Source of the DNA: an uncultured Acidobacteriota bacterium
GTDB lineage: Bacteria; Acidobacteriota; Terriglobia; Terriglobales; Acidobacteriaceae
Assembly (NCBI GenBank): GCA_963845725.1
Contig: CAWJTC010000008.1
Coordinates: forward strand, 2,159-66,158
Direction: 5' to 3'
DNA length: 64,000 nt
In this document: positions 43,446 through 53,477 of the stretch, piece by piece
Numbering within the stretch: position 1 is the first letter of the stretch
Layout: each line of letters begins with the position of its first letter
Translations under genes and position numbers: made by a program
Notes under the pieces: generated by a model
Told to the model about the DNA's origin: nothing
The model's database searches: none
The model's input: only the letters and a program-made list of their open reading frames with translations

Positions 43446-43934
43446 TCACAAGTCTTTTTCGTACTCATATAAAGGCATACCAAAGAAATCGGTCACTACT
43501 CCCGTAGCTCGAAATTTGTTTCTCAGATAAAAAGCAATCGCCCGCTCCAGAGGCTTGGTCGTGTCGAGTGTGACCCGCCGGCAGTCGGATGTCCGCAGCT
43601 CAGCTTCGGCAGCATTAAGAAGATTTTGCGCGATATCATGACCGTGCCAGGCCGGGAGAACCGCCATTCCTCGAATGTGCCGCTCGTCTACGCTCGGACG
43701 ATTGCAGGCGATGGTGCCGATGATTTCTCCATCGAGATCCGCCGCCACGAATATTGACATGCCGTGAAAACGTGTTTGCAGGGTACCGGGTGTCAGCACC
43801 GTGTCCAGAAAAGCGGCGGGAGTGTAATCCTTGCGGTAGGGCTCGAACGCTTCGTGAAGGCAGCGCAGAACTCCGGGCAGATCCTGAGACACGGCCTTTC
43901 TGAGCACGACATTTTCCCCGCGTCTCACTCCCAC
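43446..43934 (-). CDS. GNAT-family N-acetyltransferase
   Basis: Intact 162-aa ORF. The acetyl-CoA loop region is [20 protein letters not shown]. Confidence 0.7.
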   Translation of the reverse strand: MGVRRGENVVLRKAVSQDLPGVLRCLHEAFEPYRKDYTPAAFLDTVLTPGTLQTRFHGMSIFVAADLDGEIIGTIACNRPSVDERHIRGMAVLPAWHGHDIAQNLLNAAEAELRTSDCRRVTLDTTKPLERAIAFYLRNKFRATGVVTDFFGMPLYEYEKDL

Positions 43935-45503
43935 TCAATCGTGCCCGGCGGCTTCGAAGTAATGTCGTACACCACGCGATTCACGCCTTTCACTTCATTT
44001 ACGATGCGGCTAGAGATGGTCTTCAGCACTTCGTGGGGCAGGGGCACCCAGTCGGCCGTCATGCCATCGTCCGAATAGACCGCCCGCACAGCACAGGTGT
44101 AGGCGTAAGTGCGCTGGTCGCCCATGACACCGACGGACATCACCGGCAGCAGCGCCGCGAACGACTGCCAGATTTTCGAGTACAAGCCGGCGTTCTTGAT
44201 TTCATTGACCACGATGTCATCGCACTCGCGCAAGATCGCCAACCGCTCCGGCGTCACTTCTCCCACTACCCGCACGGCCAAGCCAGGACCGGGGAACGGC
44301 TGGCGTTGCAGGATTTCCTCCGGCATGCCCAAGTCGCGGCCGATTTTGCGAACTTCGTCTTTGAATAATTCTTTCAGCGGCTCAATCAGCTTGAGCTTCA
44401 TCTTTGCGGGCAGGCCGCCGACGTTATGGTGCGACTTGATGACCTGCGACGGCCCACGCACCGAGCGCGACTCAATCACGTCGGGATAAAGCGTCCCCTG
44501 CACCAGCCATTTCACCTTGCCTTCTTTCTTCTCGATCCGGCGTGCTTCTTGCTCAAAGACTTTGATGAATTCTTTGCCGATGATTTTGCGTTTCTTCTCG
44601 GGGTCGGTCACACCGGCCAGCTTGTCGAGGAATCGATCGGTGGCATCGACCGCCACCAGATGCAGACCCAGCTTGTCACGCAGATTCTGCTGCACTTTCT
44701 GAAATTCATCTTTGCGAAGCACGCCATTATTGACGAACACGCAAGTCAGGCGCGTCGGATGCTTGGCATTGCGCATGGCGCGGTCCACCAGAGTTGCAGC
44801 TACCGCAGAATCAACTCCGCCAGAAAGCGCGCAAATTGCCCGCCCGGTCCCTACGGTCTGGCGGACGCTGGCTATGGTGGCGTCAATGAAGTGCTGCGGA
44901 GTCCAGGTTGGCTTCGCTCCACAGATGACCAGCGCAAAGTTGCGCAGGACGTCGGTACCGTGCTGGGTGTGACGGACTTCTGGGTGAAATTGTACCGCCC
45001 ACATTCTTTTTTCCGCGTTCTCAATACCGGCCAGAGCATTAGGCGAACTGGCAGTCTGCGTGAAATCCTGGCGGCAATTCGACAGCCTTATCGCCGTGAG
45101 ACATCCAGACATTGAGTTTGCCGGGCAGGTTGTTGAACAAACCCGAAGCGGTTTTGAGGTTCACCGTCGCATGGCCATACTCGCGCTTATCGGCGGCCTG
45201 CACTTTGCCACCGAGCGCATGCACCATGAGCTGCAATCCATAACAGATGCCCAGCATGGGCAAACCCATCGTGAAGACACGCGGGTCCACGGCCGGTGCG
45301 TCCTTATCGTAGACAGAAGACGGACCGCCGGAAAGGATAATGCCGAGCGGCGAGTAACTACGGATTTCATCGAGGCTGGCGGTACAAGGCAGGACGACAG
45401 AAAAGACGTTCTGTTCGCGGATACGGCGCGCAATCAGCTGCGAATATTGCGCTCCAAAGTCGAGGACAACGATTGATTGGGTTTCCACGGACGAGTGTCT
45501 CAA
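43925..45503 (-). pseudogene. guaA: GMP synthase (glutamine-hydrolysing) with one frameshift at the GATase/ATP-PPase junction; start uncertain (TTG 45503 or GVG-type GTG 45488)
   Basis: The GATase part is ORF 45039-45503 (ILSGGPSSVY, GICYGLQ, WMSHGD). [30 protein letters not shown] and the SGGVDS PP-loop continue in ORF 43925-45112. A 1-nt shift lies near 45078. Confidence 0.9.
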
Positions 45504-46520
45504 AAGTTGACGGCAGTGTAAAGAGGAACTCTGCCAGACGCTAGCCTGGCGCAGGCAGATCGCTCAGAATCGATTCGTTTGGATCGACGCTGCCGGGTTG
45601 CAAGCTTGGTGCTGGAGGCTCGCGCGCTGGGAACAGATACTTCTGGCAGTTCCAGAATCGCCACATAAGCGGCGAGGCGGCCTATGTACAAAAAATCAGC
45701 GACGGCGAAGTAAAGCAGGGTGATCACAAATAAACTCGCCAGCACCAACCGCCCGGGAAGCGCCGAGGCGAGTCCCAAGGGAAATGCCGCGGCGATGCCA
45801 GCCAACACCAATGCCGCCCCATGGGCCAAGCCGAACGACGTGCTGACAGCAAATACCGGCCCGCTGCGGCGACGGAGAAAATCTACAGCATCCGCGATTG
45901 CGCCAAAAGTGTCGCGGCCGTTGGCCACGACGAAAATTGCTGCCAGCGAAAGCAGCCAGTTCATCACCGACCACACCAACCAGACCAGGCCAAGGACAAC
46001 CATGGCCAACTGGATCGCCATGCCGGTTTCCTCAGGCGTGGAGGCGAAGCCTAACAGTCGTAAAAGCTGAGAAGCTGCCGAGAATTGCGGCGAATAGAGC
46101 GACCGACCGCAAGAACATCAGGCCAACCAAAGGCCTGATCGCGGGTTCAGAAGCACCATCGTTTTCGCGGAAATAAGCGACGAGCGTTTTGACCGTGGCG
46201 GCCCGTGCCAGGGCGGCGACGACAATCCAGCCAATCGCCAGCGCCGATGTCAGCACGACGAGGGCCTCCACCACACGGAAGCCACTGCCGCGGACGATAT
46301 GCGAGACCGCTTGCAAAATGAAGAATGGCTGACGAGACCGCAGCAGCCACAAATCGCCGCTAGTGACGGGCAAGGTCTTGAGATATTCAAAACCAGTGAA
46401 CGTTATAAGCAACCCCGCTGCCGCCCCAAAACTCCATCGCCAGGCAATTTCAGCAAAGCCGAGCGATGGCCGGCGGAGTATGGCACGAAAGCCCTCCGCA
46501 GTTGGGGAACGTGGTGGCAC
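45500..46520 (-). pseudogene. Polytopic membrane protein of unknown function, apparently one gene split by a frameshift near 46065
   Basis: ORFs 46032-46520 and 45500-46021 are both hydrophobic. LRLLGFASTPEETGMAIQL bridges them in the downstream frame. Confidence 0.45.
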
Positions 46521-47065
46521 CGAGGTTAGGATAACGCAGAGTTGTCGTCCCGTCCTTCGCGGGAGCGACCCATATTGATCATTCTACTGGCATTCACCAG
46601 CCACAAGATATTCGATAACCAATTGATAATGCACTAATAAGCAACACTTTTAGAAGGCAATAAATGGTTGTTTCCTCGGTGTTCTGTGCGAGCGCTCACG
46701 CGATCTGGGGGACAAAACATATCACCCCATTTTTCCACAGGCTTCCACAGGCCAGAGAGTTGCCCGTCTCTCTTCCTTCATGTATACATGGCTTTCTTTA
46801 ATCAATCCTAGGAGACCAGCCCCCAATGGATCGATTTCATCGTCGCCATGAGCACACCGAGACCCGCAACTTTCGTGAGTGCCGTTTCTGCTCCGCTCTG
46901 GATCCTGATTTTGCCAGCCGCCGACCGGTTGACCGCATGGTCGTTGCCAAAATTGGACGACACCGCGTCCGCACACCTCACCGAAGATGGTTACGTAAAA
47001 CACCGGATCGTGGAGCTTATCAGGAAGCGGGCGGCGGTTGTGCCCGCCATGCTACAAAGGTCAGC

Positions 47066-48147
47066 CTAGCACGCGTTCTCAGCGTTGATCGCGTATCTTG
47101 CCATGGCCAGCTCTACAATCTCAGCCGATGAGATCGGTGTATGAGCGGCCGGAGGCCTTCGCTGCCATGGCGAATTCCTGCTTGCTCGAGAGCCACGGAT
47201 TTGGATTCGCCTCGATCACGTACACCTCACCCTTGGGGCGTCAGCCGCATATCGATGCGCCCGTAGTCGCGCAGCTTGACCGCCTTGTATGCGGCGAGGC
47301 CAACTTCCTGCAAGCGCGCGGTCATCTTTTCGTCCAGGTCGTCTACCAGATAGGATTTGGTCAACTTGTGCGCCTGGGTATCTTTTTCGAACTTCACATC
47401 GTAGCTGGCAATTTTCGGAGTGCCCTCCGGCAACCGTGACAAATCGAGTTCCACCAACGGCAGAGCCTGGGCTGTTTCGTAGCTGCCTAGCACTCCCACG
47501 TACATCTCCCGGCCCTCGATGTATTCCTCGATCAGTGCCGGGGAATCAAACTCGTTCTGGAGGTATTCCACCCGCTCCATCAGTTCCTTTACGCTGCCTA
47601 CCACCGACTCGGCATCGATCCCAATCGACCCATCCTCCCACATCGGCTTCACAATGAGAGGAAAGGACACGTCATGAGCGTGCTCGATGCGACCACGATA
47701 TGCAGTCGCAAAGAAAGGCGTCTTAATGCCGTGAAATGCAAACATTTTCTTGGCGGTCGCCTTGTCCTGCGCCAGAAAATGCGCATGCGGCCCTCCGCCG
47801 GTATAGCGGATGCCCAGCAGGTCCATATAGGCGGCGACGTTCATCTCCTTGGTGTCGTCGCCGGCAAAGGCTTCGGTAAGATTGAACACCAGGTCGGCCC
47901 CGCATTTCGCCAGCGCGGTCAGGCAGGGTTGCGTTCCGTCCAGGACTTGATAGAAAGGTTCATGCCCAAGCTTTTCCAGTGCCTCGAAAATTTCCTCGCG
48001 ATCTTCCTTTTCCCGTTTGCTCTTGCTCTCCCGTTTTTTCTTCTTCTTCTTTTTTGAGGACACCTTTTCTTCGACTACCTCGGGCGAGGCTGCTTCGTCT
48101 CCCCAGACGTCGTAAAGCACCGCAACTTTCAGCTTCGCGCCGGTCAT
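47066..48147 (-). pseudogene. D-Ala-D-Ala-ligase-like ATP-grasp enzyme with a poly-Lys insert; the C-terminus needs two frame corrections
   Basis: ATG at 48147 is 8 nt after GGAG. ATP-grasp core in ORF 47227-48159. The conserved EVYVIEANPNPWLS...EFAMAAKASGRSYTDLI and EIVELAMARYAINAENAC read in two other frames down to the stop at 47066. Confidence 0.7.
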
Positions 48148-48163
48148 TCTGTGCTCCAACTTT

Positions 48164-49171
48164 TCACGGATGCACGAACTTTCCTCTGGTCATGTAATTC
48201 ATGGCCAGTGCCGTGGCATACACCGTGATCTGAATCAAATGCTCCGCTTCGCGTTGCGGATCGGCAGACAACTTGAGATCGCCGATCCGTTTCTCTATGA
48301 GTTCCACCAGTTTCTTGATCAGCGGCCGCTGCGCTCCTGTCCAATAAGTGACTTTATCCACCACGTTCTTCCGATGTTGATGCAGGAACTGCTGCGCGGG
48401 AGTCACCCGCTTGCGACGCTTGGACACATTAAAAATATCCCGCAAATCGGCATCCAGCGCCAGATCTCCCAGGGCCACTTCTTCTCCGTTGCGCCGGTAG
48501 AATTCGGCGACGGTGATTTCCATCTCATCGACCGTCACATCGGTTACGCCGCGGCGCCGGACTGGGTCAGTGTGCCCCAATTCGCGCGCGATGCGGTTCA
48601 TGTAGCGCAACTTGGCCAGCGCGCCCCAGCCGCGATAACGTTTGCGCCACGCCGAGCGGGGCGTCAGCCACACCGCAAAAGTTTCGGCGAAGTCCTCGTC
48701 GGGGTGCTTCTGCGCATACCACCCGGCGAGATAGCGCACATAATTTCGTGAGAACGGGACGGGGCGATAGTTATCGTGATACGGCCGCCGGAACGGTCCG
48801 AACAGCTGTTTCCATTCCGCCGTGCGATGCAGTTTGTAGGCATAGTTAAATGCGTGCCCGGCTTCGTGGCGCAGATACATCATGATTTCGCGCGCGTCTT
48901 CGAGATCGTTGGTTTCTTTTTCCAGTTGCGAGAGCTTCGCGTCCGCCAGATAAAACGGGATGCCGATCACTGGCTCGCCCGACGGACATCCCCACTCGTC
49001 GGTGAGATAGCACGCCGGACGAAACTTCACCAAGCCCTTCTGATCCAGCTCCTTGTACAACTGGCGCACGAATCGCTCCAGGGGGGAGCCGTCAATTTTC
49101 AAACCCAGGTCGCGGATGGGCTTATCAAGAAGCTGCTGCAACTCCGGCCGTGATGTGTCGGTTTCTTGCAC
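48164..49171 (-). CDS. Putative zinc-dependent peptidase-like protein (HExxH; 'peptidase Mx'-type family)
   Basis: Intact 335-aa ORF (GTG start). HEAGHAFNY motif, with a later DEDFAETFAV. It ends 17 nt before the ATP-grasp start. Confidence 0.6.
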   Translation of the reverse strand: MQETDTSRPELQQLLDKPIRDLGLKIDGSPLERFVRQLYKELDQKGLVKFRPACYLTDEWGCPSGEPVIGIPFYLADAKLSQLEKETNDLEDAREIMMYLRHEAGHAFNYAYKLHRTAEWKQLFGPFRRPYHDNYRPVPFSRNYVRYLAGWYAQKHPDEDFAETFAVWLTPRSAWRKRYRGWGALAKLRYMNRIARELGHTDPVRRRGVTDVTVDEMEITVAEFYRRNGEEVALGDLALDADLRDIFNVSKRRKRVTPAQQFLHQHRKNVVDKVTYWTGAQRPLIKKLVELIEKRIGDLKLSADPQREAEHLIQITVYATALAMNYMTRGKFVHP

Positions 49172-49309
49172 GCGTTCTCACCGGAAGAAAGCACAGAGCG
49201 CACCGCGAAACAGCGGGAGAGGACGGGGCAATCTGCCCCAAGTGTAAAGAATAACAAATTGCAGTAACCAAACTGAAGTGACTAAAGGCACCCTGGGTGT
49301 CGTGAGCGG

Positions 49310-49431
49310 CTTGTCATCTTGAACGGAGTGGGGGACGGTCGCTTGCGACCGCTCCGCGCAGTCGAAAGATCCCTACCTTAGTTCCTATCCTCGCTGTCTT
49401 GTCATTTCGAGGTGGAAGGCGACGAGGAATC
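49310..49431 (+). repeat. 122-nt structured intergenic repeat, left copy (inverted partner at 51087-51208)
   Basis: Equal-length alignment with the reverse complement of 51087-51208. Shared blocks are CTTGTCATCTTGA.CGGAG, GTCGCTTGCGA, AGTCGAAAGATCCCTACC and CGAGG...GCGACGAGGAATC. Confidence 0.8.
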
Positions 49432-49459
49432 TGTTGCTGATTTCTCGTGCGATCGTACG

Positions 49460-50896
49460 CTAGCGGATCACGCGGAACGGCACATTGCTCTTCAACGTAC
49501 CGCTAGACGTGGTTACGGTGACGTAGCCGGTGGTTGCTCCAACGGGAACCGTGGCACGTATGTATGTGTCGGAGACAACGGTGAAGTTTGCCGAGATCCC
49601 GTTGAGTGAAACGTTCGTCGTTCCGGTGAATCCTTGACCGAGAATGGGGCCAGTTTCGCCGACTTTGCCATAGCTCCGCACGAAAGTCACAAACGGGCCG
49701 AGGCCCATGTCTATGCTGAAGATGTTGCCGTACCCATCGACTCCCCCCAAATACGTTGTCCCGTAGAGAATCCCATTTGTGGCTTGAACAAGGCCCCCGA
49801 TGGGCTGGTTGCCGTCAGCGCACCCATTTTGAGAACAAAAGTTGTGCAGAGTGGTCAACGTCCCTTGCGGTGTTATTTCGAAGACGGTCCCGCCAGGAGC
49901 ATTGAAGCCCTCTACGGTTGTGCCGTAAGAGTTACCGTCCGTGGTCTGTATCAGCCCGGCTGAGGGGCCGGACCCGTCGCTGCCGTCGAAGTCATGCAGG
50001 GTGGTCAGCGCGCCCCCTGGGGTAATCTTGAAGATCGTGCCGCAACCGTAGAGACAACTGACATCCCCGCCATAGAACGTCGTCCCATAGAAGTCCCCGT
50101 CAGTGGCTTGAATGAGTCCTGCGGAAGGTCCCGAGCCGTCACTCACGTCGAAGCTGTGCAGCATCGTCAGCTTCCCAGTTGAGGTAATTTTGAAGACCGT
50201 GCCGCAGCCATAGGGTGCGGCGCAGGTAAGGTCTCCGCCCTCGTACGTAGTTCCATAGAAATTACCGTCCGAGGCCTCAATGAGTCCCCCTCGAGGGAAC
50301 CCGCCATCATGCAATTCGAAGATGTGCAGCGGTGTGAACGCCCCAGTTTGCGTGATCTTGAAGACCGTACCGCAGCCATAGGGTGCGGCGCAGGTAAGGT
50401 CTCCGCCCTCGTTCGCTGTTCCGTATAGGTTCCCGTCCGTGCCTTGAACGAGGCCCGCGATGGGGTACGCACCGTCGGTGCCATCGGTAAAGCTGTACAG
50501 CGCTGTCAGCCTGCCACCGGGGGTGATATTGAACACGACTCCACAGTTGCAATTGCCGCCGTAAGCTGTCGTCCCATAAAAAAACAGGTCGGTGGATAGC
50601 ACCAGCCCTGCATTGGGCCCCCCGCCGTCAGCGCCGTCGAAACTGCGCAATGCCGTCAGCGTGCCCGCTGGCGTGACGTTGAAAACCGTACCATCCTCGC
50701 GGGTCCCGCCGTAGAAAGCTGTTCCGTAGAGGTTGCCGTCACGGCCTTGGACGAGAGACATGTAGTAGGGACCCGCGCCGTCGGTGAAATCGAAATCGAC
50801 CAGCGTGTTGAAGACCTGCGCGGGCGCGGCAATCGCCGTCGCGGCGCAGAGCAAAAGAACAGCCCCGGCCATTTTCCATAGGCTGAGCCTTGTCAT
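49460..50896 (-). CDS. Secreted Gloeo_Verruco (GloVer) repeat protein with a C-terminal IPT/TIG-like domain
   Basis: ATG 7 nt after GGAGG, with a signal peptide. About 8 repeats of ...GTVFKITP.G.LT.LHSF.G.DG..P.AGLIQ..DGNFYGTT..GG... Confidence 0.8.
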   Translation of the reverse strand: MTRLSLWKMAGAVLLLCAATAIAAPAQVFNTLVDFDFTDGAGPYYMSLVQGRDGNLYGTAFYGGTREDGTVFNVTPAGTLTALRSFDGADGGGPNAGLVLSTDLFFYGTTAYGGNCNCGVVFNITPGGRLTALYSFTDGTDGAYPIAGLVQGTDGNLYGTANEGGDLTCAAPYGCGTVFKITQTGAFTPLHIFELHDGGFPRGGLIEASDGNFYGTTYEGGDLTCAAPYGCGTVFKITSTGKLTMLHSFDVSDGSGPSAGLIQATDGDFYGTTFYGGDVSCLYGCGTIFKITPGGALTTLHDFDGSDGSGPSAGLIQTTDGNSYGTTVEGFNAPGGTVFEITPQGTLTTLHNFCSQNGCADGNQPIGGLVQATNGILYGTTYLGGVDGYGNIFSIDMGLGPFVTFVRSYGKVGETGPILGQGFTGTTNVSLNGISANFTVVSDTYIRATVPVGATTGYVTVTTSSGTLKSNVPFRVIR

Positions 50897-51086
50897 CGAA
50901 AACCTCCGTGGTGCGAAATTCGGGATCGCGGCCTACTCACGCGAGAAACGGGGTCTACTTCGCTGAGCCGCCAGCGGGAGACTCGCTACGGCCTAACCAA
51001 GCGCACCCATTGTCCTACCGGCGGGACCGGGCGTCAATGGGGTTTTTTCGCGTTGTGGGCACGTCTTTCGCGGTCGTTGCCAAGCG

Positions 51087-51208
51087 GATTCCTCGTCGCT
51101 CCGCTCCTCGGAATGGCAAGAGCGGACAGCCCAGTGGCGCGGTAGGGATCTTTCGACTACGCAGAACCAATCGCAAGCGACTGGTTCTGCTCCGCTCAAG
51201 ATGACAAG
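51087..51208 (-). repeat. 122-nt structured intergenic repeat, right (inverted) copy, plus an extra 14-nt partial copy at 51221-51234
   Basis: See 49310-49431. CTCAAGATGACAAG occurs twice (51195-51208 and 51221-51234). Confidence 0.8.
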
Positions 51209-51235
51209 ACGGCTGATTCGCTCAAGATGACAAGG

Positions 51236-52809
51236 CTATACCGGCGAGTGGTGTCCCTGCACGATCATTTCTTCTGCAATGCGCCGCGCTTCGGGAAGAG
51301 TCGCGGCCTCGTTGCCAGCAATCTCCTCCGGCAAGTCGCGTTGAATCTTCGCCAGTTCCTCGTCAAACAATCGCGTCACCAACTGGAGGACTGTGCTCCA
51401 CACTTTTTCCATCGTCTCCTTGAACCTTTACTTTGTGCTTGGTGCGCTGCGCAATCATCAGCCGGTAAATGCGGTCGGTGGCCAGGTCCTCCATGTAGCC
51501 ATCGAGCAGGCTCGCACCTTTGCCGTTGAGCACTCCATTGCGATAGCGAATGACGGTGCGCACCGCCGCGCGAGTTCCGGCGAGCGTAATCTTGCCCACG
51601 CCTGCCGGCACTGGCCGCAAATCGGGATGCGTGCTCGGCAGCTTCGGCCGTTCGTTTATCTGATTCGGCTCGGGAAACTGCGCTACGGCAATCTCATTCT
51701 GGTCAGGATGCCCTGTCCAGGCTCCATCCATCAGGCAGTTGGCTTCGTTCTTCTTATCTTCTTTAAGCGTTCTCAAAGCGCGCTCGTTCAACTCTGGGTC
51801 GGTGCGGCTCGGGAAAAGCGCCGTCATGCCTCCAATGGCCAGGGCCCCGTGCTTATGGCAAATCTCCGGCATCAAGGTGCGGAAGCTCTGGAAGAATGCC
51901 ACATCGTGCGGAATGGTGTTGCGATCCGGCAATATCCACTGCGGGTCTTCCAGCATGAAGTGAATCAGCGACGCCATGTAGTCCCAGCGGCCGAGATTCA
52001 GTCCCAGACAGTGGTCGCGCAGATTGAAGAGAAATTCCTCCATCTGATAAGCCAGTGGATGCGCCTCCACCAGCGCCATACACTTGATGTAGTTGGCAGG
52101 CAGTCCTTTCGACTTGGCCAGCACCTGAAACAGATCGCGCCACCACAAACGCTTCCTCTGCCGACTCGCTCTTCGGAATGTAAACCGAGAAATTATGCGG
52201 CAGTGCCGCAGGGTCGAGCTGATACCACAGCAGGGCCAGATCAAACAACGACGCCGACATCAATTCGTTCTTGATCACGCCACCCTGGCTCACGTGCAAT
52301 CCCCGCGGACGCACCCAGGTCACGGTCTTCGACCGTTGCACCTTGACTTCTTTTTGCCGCTTCTTGTCGTAATACCCCAGCTCATACTTATAAGCGGCGA
52401 GCACATTTTTAATTCCCAACAGAGTGTGCGACCACTCGTTCGCCATCGAATCCTCCAGATCGAGCATCACGCCTGGAGATCCAGAGTTCAGCAGCTTGAC
52501 CGTCAGTTCCGTATCATCGGCTGGCCCGGTCATCTGATTGCGCTGATCGGCGCACCAGTCCGGCAGGTCGATCTTCCAAGCGGTAGTGGTGGCTGGCGAC
52601 GCGGGCAAATAGTTCGGAGGGCTTCCTTTAAGCGACTTCTGCAACACCTGATTCCGCATCGCCACCAGCGCCTGCTGCCAGGGTGTGAACTGTTTGTGCA
52701 GTGGCAACAGGAATTCAAAGAATCCCTGAGGAAGGTCGGCTTCGGGATTCAAATCAGCCGGTGCATGGTTGCTGGATTGCAGAGTTCTTCGCGCGACATC
52801 GAGAGCCAT
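51236..52809 (-). pseudogene. aceB: Malate synthase A with two frameshifts
   Basis: ATG at 52809 (MALDVARRTL...). N-terminal half in ORF 51853-52833 (MLDLEDSMANEW). Catalytic half in ORF 51363-52244 (GLNLGRWDYMASLI, DGAWTGHPDQ). The last ~55 residues (...EARRIAEEMIVQGHHSPV) are in a third frame. Confidence 0.85.
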
Positions 52810-52910
52810 GATGCGACGACTCCTTAGAAGCACCGGGTTCGCAAGTCATCCGCCGACGCTTCCTTCGATGCTACTGTCCTGACCGACGCGATGCAAACTT
52901 CGCCTGGGGT

Positions 52911-53477
52911 TTATTTGCCCTCAATTATCTTCGTCATACGCACCACCGGAAGCGTCACGCCAGTGGGCAGCGGAACCTCGAAAGCCTCGCCCGGCACGAA
53001 CCCCCGCGCTCGATACAGGGGCTCTCCCGGCAGAGTTGACACCAGTTCGAGGCGCGAAAATCCGTCCCTCGATGCCGCCGCCTCACAGGCTTCTAAAATT
53101 CGCGTGCCGATTCCCCGCCGCGCCCACTCCGGATGTACAAAAAATGCGCGGATTTTCGCCGCCTCGCGTGCCGGATCAAGCAGAGCATTGTCCCGATCCG
53201 TGGCATGGTCACTGCCGAAGGCTGTTCGCCTGCGGCTCCATCCCCCGCAGCCCACGATCACCGTCTCCGCCTCAGCAACCATGTAGGTACCGTCACGGAT
53301 GAGTTGCGTATCCACTCCAAAAACCGTGCCCAGTGCGCCTTCTCTCTGCTCAGTGGTGTAGTACGACGCCTGCAGGATTCGCACCGACTCCGCGATCAGA
53401 GCACGCAAGACCGGAACATCTCCCAATGTCGCTTTGCGGATAGCGATCGCAGTGGAATTCATGCGGGCCGCGCTCAA
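52911..53477 (-). CDS. GNAT-family N-acetyltransferase
   Basis: Intact 188-aa ORF. FFVHPEWARRGIGTRILEACE is the acetyl-CoA binding motif. Confidence 0.75.
   Translation of the reverse strand: MSAARMNSTAIAIRKATLGDVPVLRALIAESVRILQASYYTTEQREGALGTVFGVDTQLIRDGTYMVAEAETVIVGCGGWSRRRTAFGSDHATDRDNALLDPAREAAKIRAFFVHPEWARRGIGTRILEACEAAASRDGFSRLELVSTLPGEPLYRARGFVPGEAFEVPLPTGVTLPVVRMTKIIEGK

Noticed and set aside
46826-47131. 101-aa plus-strand ORF (MDRFHRRHEHTETRNFRECRFCS...) preceded by AGGAG, within the AT-richer 46.56-47.07 kb gap
   Set aside because: The composition is Arg/His-rich and not protein-like. Its 3' part overlaps the frame-corrected C-terminus of the ATP-grasp gene. An alternative frame (46848-47069) looks no better. 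It may hide a small gene, but I cannot support one.
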